DNA of 64,000 bases from Paraspadella gotoi (lineage: Eukaryota; Animalia; Chaetognatha): positions 23,090,833-23,154,832 of the forward strand of contig CM119263.1 of the NCBI GenBank assembly GCA_051294375.1. Reading direction: 5' to 3'. This document shows positions 58,269 to 64,000 of the stretch, one piece after another; positions within the stretch are counted from its first letter, which is position 1, and each line of letters begins with the position of its first letter. A program made the translations under genes and the position numbers. A model generated the notes under the pieces. That model made no database searches. It worked only from the letters and a program-made list of their open reading frames with translations, and had not been told where the DNA came from.

Positions 58269-60049
58269 TGAGTTACGAGCCCGAAGAATCGAAGGCCCCG
58301 GCGATAGAGAGAAATGGGGTCATAACAACATCGATTATGTTCGATCGGTGAGAGGAGAAGCATCTTCACGATCGTCGTAAAAAATCAAAGTCAAAATTTG
58401 GAAAAGATAGAGGGCAAAGTCTGAAAGAAGTTGAAAAAAAAAAACATTCAGGATTCTAGAGCTTTGCTCCATATTTTAATTAACAGAACAAACGAAAGTC
58501 GTTTCCTTCTTTTTTTTTCCTAAATATAATTTCGCGGCGGTTAATAAATAAACCGGAACGTGTGAGAGATTCTTTTTAATTCTTTAATTAACCGAGGGAA
58601 ACTTTTTCTATCTCCCTCCCATTTTTTATCTTCTTTCGTTTGGTTAAAATCCGGCCTTTCCTTCCAGCCGGTTCTTCCCTATGTACCTACCTGGGCACTA
58701 AAGCGTAGTAAAAATTCTAAATGTGAGGAACGAACAAATTTAGACTATTGAACATTTATGTAGAAAAAAATTTTATTTTGCTTTCTTTCTTTTGAACCTT
58801 TGTCCTCAACTTTGACCTTATGACTCTTTTCCTCATATCACTCTTATCTCTCCTTTTCTCTCTCTTTTACTTTTTTATGACTGTTTTTTCTCGCATTTAC
58901 TTCGCAAATGAACTATTGTTAAGCAGCGTTAACCAAAATATATTGCTCAACTAAAAATAATATGCGTTTTCCTCATAAAAAGATGTTAATCATCAATAAG
59001 GATAGTACTATAAATAAATATAGCCTACTGCGAAAATTGAAGAACATAAAATTTTTTTATTTTTACGAATTAATGTTCACTGATGGTATTGGTATGTTGT
59101 CTCATTACAGGGCGGTGAAACTTATAGTAATATTTTGCCTGATTAACTGAGCAAAGTGTTACTGAAATTGCCTAGGTAAAGAAATGATTTTTCTTAATTA
59201 ATATAAGCAATTTCTGAATCAAAATATTTTGCTTATATTTATTTTAAAGATAATTTGTTATTACTATATTTTAAGCTTAAAAATACTTTTCCCAATTGGC
59301 ATGAAATATGAGTATCAGCATTAAGTATGTAAACTACTTGGCTACTACCAGACCCAGAACCAATAAAATTATTAAAGAAGTATAATTCATTGATAAATAA
59401 AAAAATTAACAGATAATAAAGAATTATAGTAATAAACAATAAGGAAGCATACATGATAAGAGATTTGCAATGTAACATATTCAGTTGTATCCTGATATGA
59501 TTGACAATATTAAAACCTTGATCAAAGATGATGAAAAAAGACTCAAATCGCCCAAAAATGTTTGTATCTTATTTAGAATGTCAAAGCTCATTAGAATTTC
59601 TTGCAGAGATATGATATGGATTACTCAATACCTCCCTAGCTGATTATATTAAAAAATTTGAGCTCGATATGGAAAGAAATATCCTATTTATATGATTTTA
59701 AAATAAAAAAATCTAAAAAAAATTCTTCCATTTTTCATCATTAACAAAGATTTTAACTCAAAGTAAAAAATGACATTCTTGAACATACTGAAAAATGTTT
59801 ATCTATTATAAAACAACTATATAATAGACTCCAACCCCTGTCACCAAACACCAAATACCAAACACCAAACATATTTTTTAACTATTAATTTTTTTTTTTA
59901 AATTATTTTTTATCTTTCATTAAAAACAGTTGGGCTAAAACTAATTGAATTTCAATGTTGAGCAAATTAAAGTTTATATTTGATAAAGATTTTGTTTAAA
60001 GTTTAATACCAAAAAATATCCTATTTTGTTATTTTTTTAATTTATATGA

Positions 60050-60425
60050 AATTTGCAAAATTACTTGTTCACTATCTTAATTTTTATATTTTATGAATGT
60101 TTTACTATTTAAACTTTGTGTGTAAATCCTTTCACTCTCTCTCTCCTCTCTCCCTTTTCTTCTTTTGTAGAAAAAAAATTTGTGAGCATTTCACAAAAAC
60201 TTTGACACTGATGAAGGCTCACAACTGTGAGCCGAAACACGTTCGTCTAACAATAAAAATTGTTGCAATTAAATAATTTGTCTTCTTAAACTATTTAATT
60301 ATATTATTTTATTATTATATATATTACTTTTTAAAAATATTATTTGCTTTATATCTAATAACTCATTTTGGGAGGGGAAAGTCAGTGTTGTCTTCTGGAA
60401 ATAGAGGGAGCATCTATATAACACA
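60050..60425 (+). mobile_element. Dispersed repeat fragment shared with DEPDC1 intron 17397-17556; contains the hammerhead motif; possible decayed Penelope-like element end
   Basis: Shared blocks TTTGCAAA(A)TTACTTGTT(T/C)ACTAT...TTTTATGAA and GGAAGTCAGTGTTGTCTTCTGGAAATAGAGGGAGCATCTATA at both loci, same order and orientation. Confidence 0.6.
60202..60250 (+). ncRNA. Candidate minimal type I hammerhead ribozyme (Penelope-like/retrozyme-type)
   Basis: CUGAUGA (60208-60214), A, perfect 7-bp stem II GGCUCAC-AACU-GUGAGCC, GAAA (60234-60237), C-ACGU palindromic stub stem III, UC/GUC. Stem I (GAC/GUC) is short. Confidence 0.62.
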
Positions 60426-61164
60426 AGGTTAGACTACAATAGAATACAATTAGACTACAATTTTTAATTTAATATCATTTGGCTTCAAATTATTAAAGTA
60501 ACCTTTCCTTTTTAAATCTTAGCAAATTAGATCATAAGTTTATCAGTTATATCTTAGTTTTAAAGATTCTTTCCTCAATTAAAAATTGCCTACTTTATTC
60601 AGTTAACTACTAAGTAAACCAAAAAATTGTCTATTACCTATTTAAGAAAAAATCTTTGCCTAAGTTCACCCCCTATTGTTCATAATTGACATTTAGAATT
60701 TTCGTATGTAACTTTTACTATGCTCTACTGGGCAGTGGGCACCCTATCCCATGGCCTTTCCCTTTTCTGCCCTTCGGCCTTTCCCCGCTTCTATCTATCC
60801 CCCCGTTTCCTCTCCTTCTTCCCCTTGTGCTCACTCCCACCTTATGCCCTGCCCTCTTGCCCCTTGGCCCTTGACCCCTTGCCCTTGCCCCTTGCCCCTT
60901 GCCCCTTGCCCTTGCCCCTTCCCCTTCCTCTTCCCCCTCCTTTCCCCCTGTCGCAAGAGCCCAAAGCTTCTCCAGCAACATAGAGTTCATCTTCCTTGGC
61001 TGCCGGAAACCGGCGCGTGGCCGACCGGTGGCTGTGAGTTGCTGACTCCTGCTTCCTGCGCCGGCCGTCCCGAGGCGGCGCGCTCGCGCATTTAGTTTAT
61101 TCCATTTCGCGAATTAGATCCGCGTCACGAGCGAAGCGTTTCTGCGACGAGATTCTTGGATGAA

Positions 61165-61240
61165 TCAGACGCGGCCGAGGGGTTAGGCCGTCGTTCCGGC
61201 GAACAATGAGGTTACTGGTTCGAACCCCGTTGATTTTTTT
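61165..61240 (+). other. tRNA-derived Pol III element (SINE head or tRNA pseudogene)
   Basis: A-box-like CGGCCGAGGGGTTAGG, B-box GGTTCGAACCC and a T7 terminator. No complete cloverleaf. Confidence 0.5.
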
Positions 61241-62230
61241 ATTTTAACTCTCGATGATGTTGGGAAATTTCGGTGGTGGTGATCATCTCGTCTTTTCGTC
61301 ATTGGTGTATTCTTGACTAATTACTACGTTTAACTTTTCGAATTTTATCTCTTAACCTCATTTCCCCACCCTAAACTCACCCACGCCTTCCCTCTCTCTC
61401 CCTCCAAAGCAGAGGGACCCGGCTGCGGAGCGAGGCGCCTCTCCGGCTCGACTCGAAATGCGGTTCCGGTTTCGCGGCTCCGCGGCGCCAGCGTCGCAAC
61501 CTTCCACGTAATCACGTGACGTGAATTTTCACAAAGATAATAAATTCGAGAAAAGAATGAGAAGGAAAAAAAAGGTTCTAAATTTTTTTTTAATTTCGTA
61601 CATTTTTTTAATTATTTTTTTTTTTTACAAGGTGCACCTTTCTGGAGCCGCAAAAAATTCCATCTCACGATTCGCCGCCTTCCGCCGCCCATTTCCCGCT
61701 TCCTAGCTCCCCGCCCACCGCCACCTGCCGCCCGCCGCCCGCTCGATACCGTGTCGCTGTCTTCGAATATTTTTTTACATTATTGTATTATTCGGTTTTT
61801 ACGTATCATTTCTGAGAAAAATACCGCGGCGTCGGCTGCTGCCGTTCCGCCGCGGATAAATCTTTCTTTTTTAAAAAAAATCGCCGGAAAGAATTTTAAA
61901 AAACAAATCGAGATAAAAATCTCACTGCGCATGCGTGAATCTTAGCAACGTTTGGATTATGGAAAGTGGGGCCATGGTGAGTTAAGGGGAGAAAGTAGAG
62001 GCGTTTCCTACCTTTTTTTGCTCTTTTTCTCTCTCTTCTACTTCTAAAGCTTTGTCTCTATCTCTATCTCTCTAGCTCTCGCAAAAAGTCTTGATGAGAT
62101 GGAATTGTGTCGGTCGTTCAGGGTTTGCGCTATGGCCGTAAGATGGCGCTGCGAATGGCGCCGATTGCCCCCTCGTCGAACGTTTCTCACTTAATGAGGC
62201 AGCGTCATTAAAAAAAATCCCATTCGTGAA

Positions 62231-62298
<68 letters not shown>

Positions 62299-62780
62299 CA
62301 AAAAAGGGAGTGTTAGTGCCGAGGATTAGTAGACAAGAAGTGGCCATTCCAGTCTACCTCGAGTCTCTTTTTCAAAAGTACTGTATTTCTCTTTTTCCCG
62401 CGCGGGACTCGTCAACGAGATTAGAGTCCAACCCTCCCTCACCCTTCAACCCCCCCGCCCCCCCCTCTATTGCGAAAGGTTTCAACGTGGATCGCGAAAA
62501 AACCAAGTGGGTTGAGGGGGTAAGTTGAGGAGCTGGAAGGCGAGCTGGCGGGGGGGGGAGGGGTGGGGGAGAATTAGAGCAATGGAGTTGTTGGAAAGGT
62601 GGAATTATCAAGGGTTGAGACGTTTTAAAATTAACTTTATAGTAAATACAGCGGTTATATTGCGCTCAATACTTAAATAACAAAGCCAGCTCGGTATACT
62701 TTCCACGCTGTAACTCGCTCATTGCTTAAGTAAATTGTGTCCCCGGCTCCAAGGATGCTCATCAATATAGAATTATTGAA

Positions 62781-62890
<110 letters not shown>

Positions 62891-64000
62891 CGTCCCGTTC
62901 GCTTTTCATTCGTGTTTTAATGAGGAAGAGACCGCGAACGACATGATGCCTTTCATTAAACTTTATGAATAAAGATTAGCATTCGGGGCGGAGGAGAAAA
63001 TAGACGAGGGAATCCCAACTCGACTCGTACGCGCATCTGCGAGCATCTGCATGCACGGCGTGCGTGTATTCGCGGACATCCACGTGCGACGAGCGCGGGT
63101 CTTTGAACTATGGTGAGAAGAAAAAATAAATATTATTTTTGGATGAATAAGAAATGCATCGGATTTTTACTTTGAGATGAATAAGGATAAACAAGTTTGA
63201 GCAAACAATGTCGGATCTGCCCACGATCATTAGCGGTAATTGATTAATTTTTAATTTATTAATTGATTAATTAGTTTTTTCATTTAAACTCATTTCCATT
63301 CAAACGATTCCATCGACAACTTTGTATTTCCAGCTTATTCACACTATTTTCCTACTTCACATAAAAAAAAGTCAACTTGCCCAATAGAGCTCCCCAGAAA
63401 CCAACATGCATTTTTGAAAGTTCACCTGATACCTGCAAAGTTTTCTTGTGCCAAATTTAGTAGGAGAATAACGAAATATCACAATATAAACAAATTTCCC
63501 CGAATGCTCTTGATGGATTTTCCACGCCCAGTTTTCTGCCGTCGTCGACTAGCTTCAGTTTAAAAATTCACAAAGTTTTTTGGAAAAAAAACTGAGCCGT
63601 GCATATTCAGCCAGCCATCACTTAACATTAATCAAAATAAACATTTAATAAATCACCTTAATACTCAAATTTATTGTTGTGGTTTATAAAAATAGCGCTT
63701 AAAAAATTATTATTACCAAAAGACTTTAAAATTAGAAAATTTATTAGTTTTTTTAAGCCAAATCGTCCCTGACCCACAATTTCTAATTAAGATTTTTTAT
63801 AAGAAAGTATGATTTGGTTAATACAAATAGAATTCTCTAAGGGATTTTTAAATATTAATATCCTTAAGCAACGATATTTGCCTTTAAAGGTTTGCCAAAT
63901 GAGTGCAAAGGAAAGTAGCCTAATCTAGATAAAAGGCGCTTTGGCCTTTGTGGGCTAGCAGCCTCCACTCACCCTTAACCCTTAACCGCTCTCCTCTCCC

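Noticed and set aside
60718-61095. G/R/K-rich ORFs over (CCCTTG)n
   Set aside because: Driven by a hexamer repeat; no splice or homology support.
63970-63990. CCCTTAA repeats as telomere-like sequence
   Set aside because: Only two units; too short to call.

Overview
Gene-dense eukaryotic (metazoan, invertebrate-like) genomic window. Exons are GC- and CpG-rich, introns are short and AT-rich with GT-AG ends, (CT/GA)n microsatellites are abundant, and there are four N gaps. I assembled spliced models by hand. In order: a compact trio of secreted-protein genes (S1 serine protease, group III phospholipase A2, divergent cystatin-like protein); a large disordered KP-rich exon of an unidentified gene; DEPDC1 with a very large insert splitting its RhoGAP-like domain and a tRNA-Asp(GTC) inside one intron; ARMH1; a ~9.7 kb tandem duplication carrying a DUSP14/18/21-like phosphatase (one intact copy, one frameshifted, possibly an assembly artefact); an orphan N-terminally anchored acidic protein; and near 60.2 kb a candidate minimal hammerhead ribozyme within a dispersed repeat, followed by a tRNA-derived Pol III-like element. 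Most ORFs in the supplied track are microsatellite or antisense noise. No database searches were run, so family calls rest on recognised motifs.
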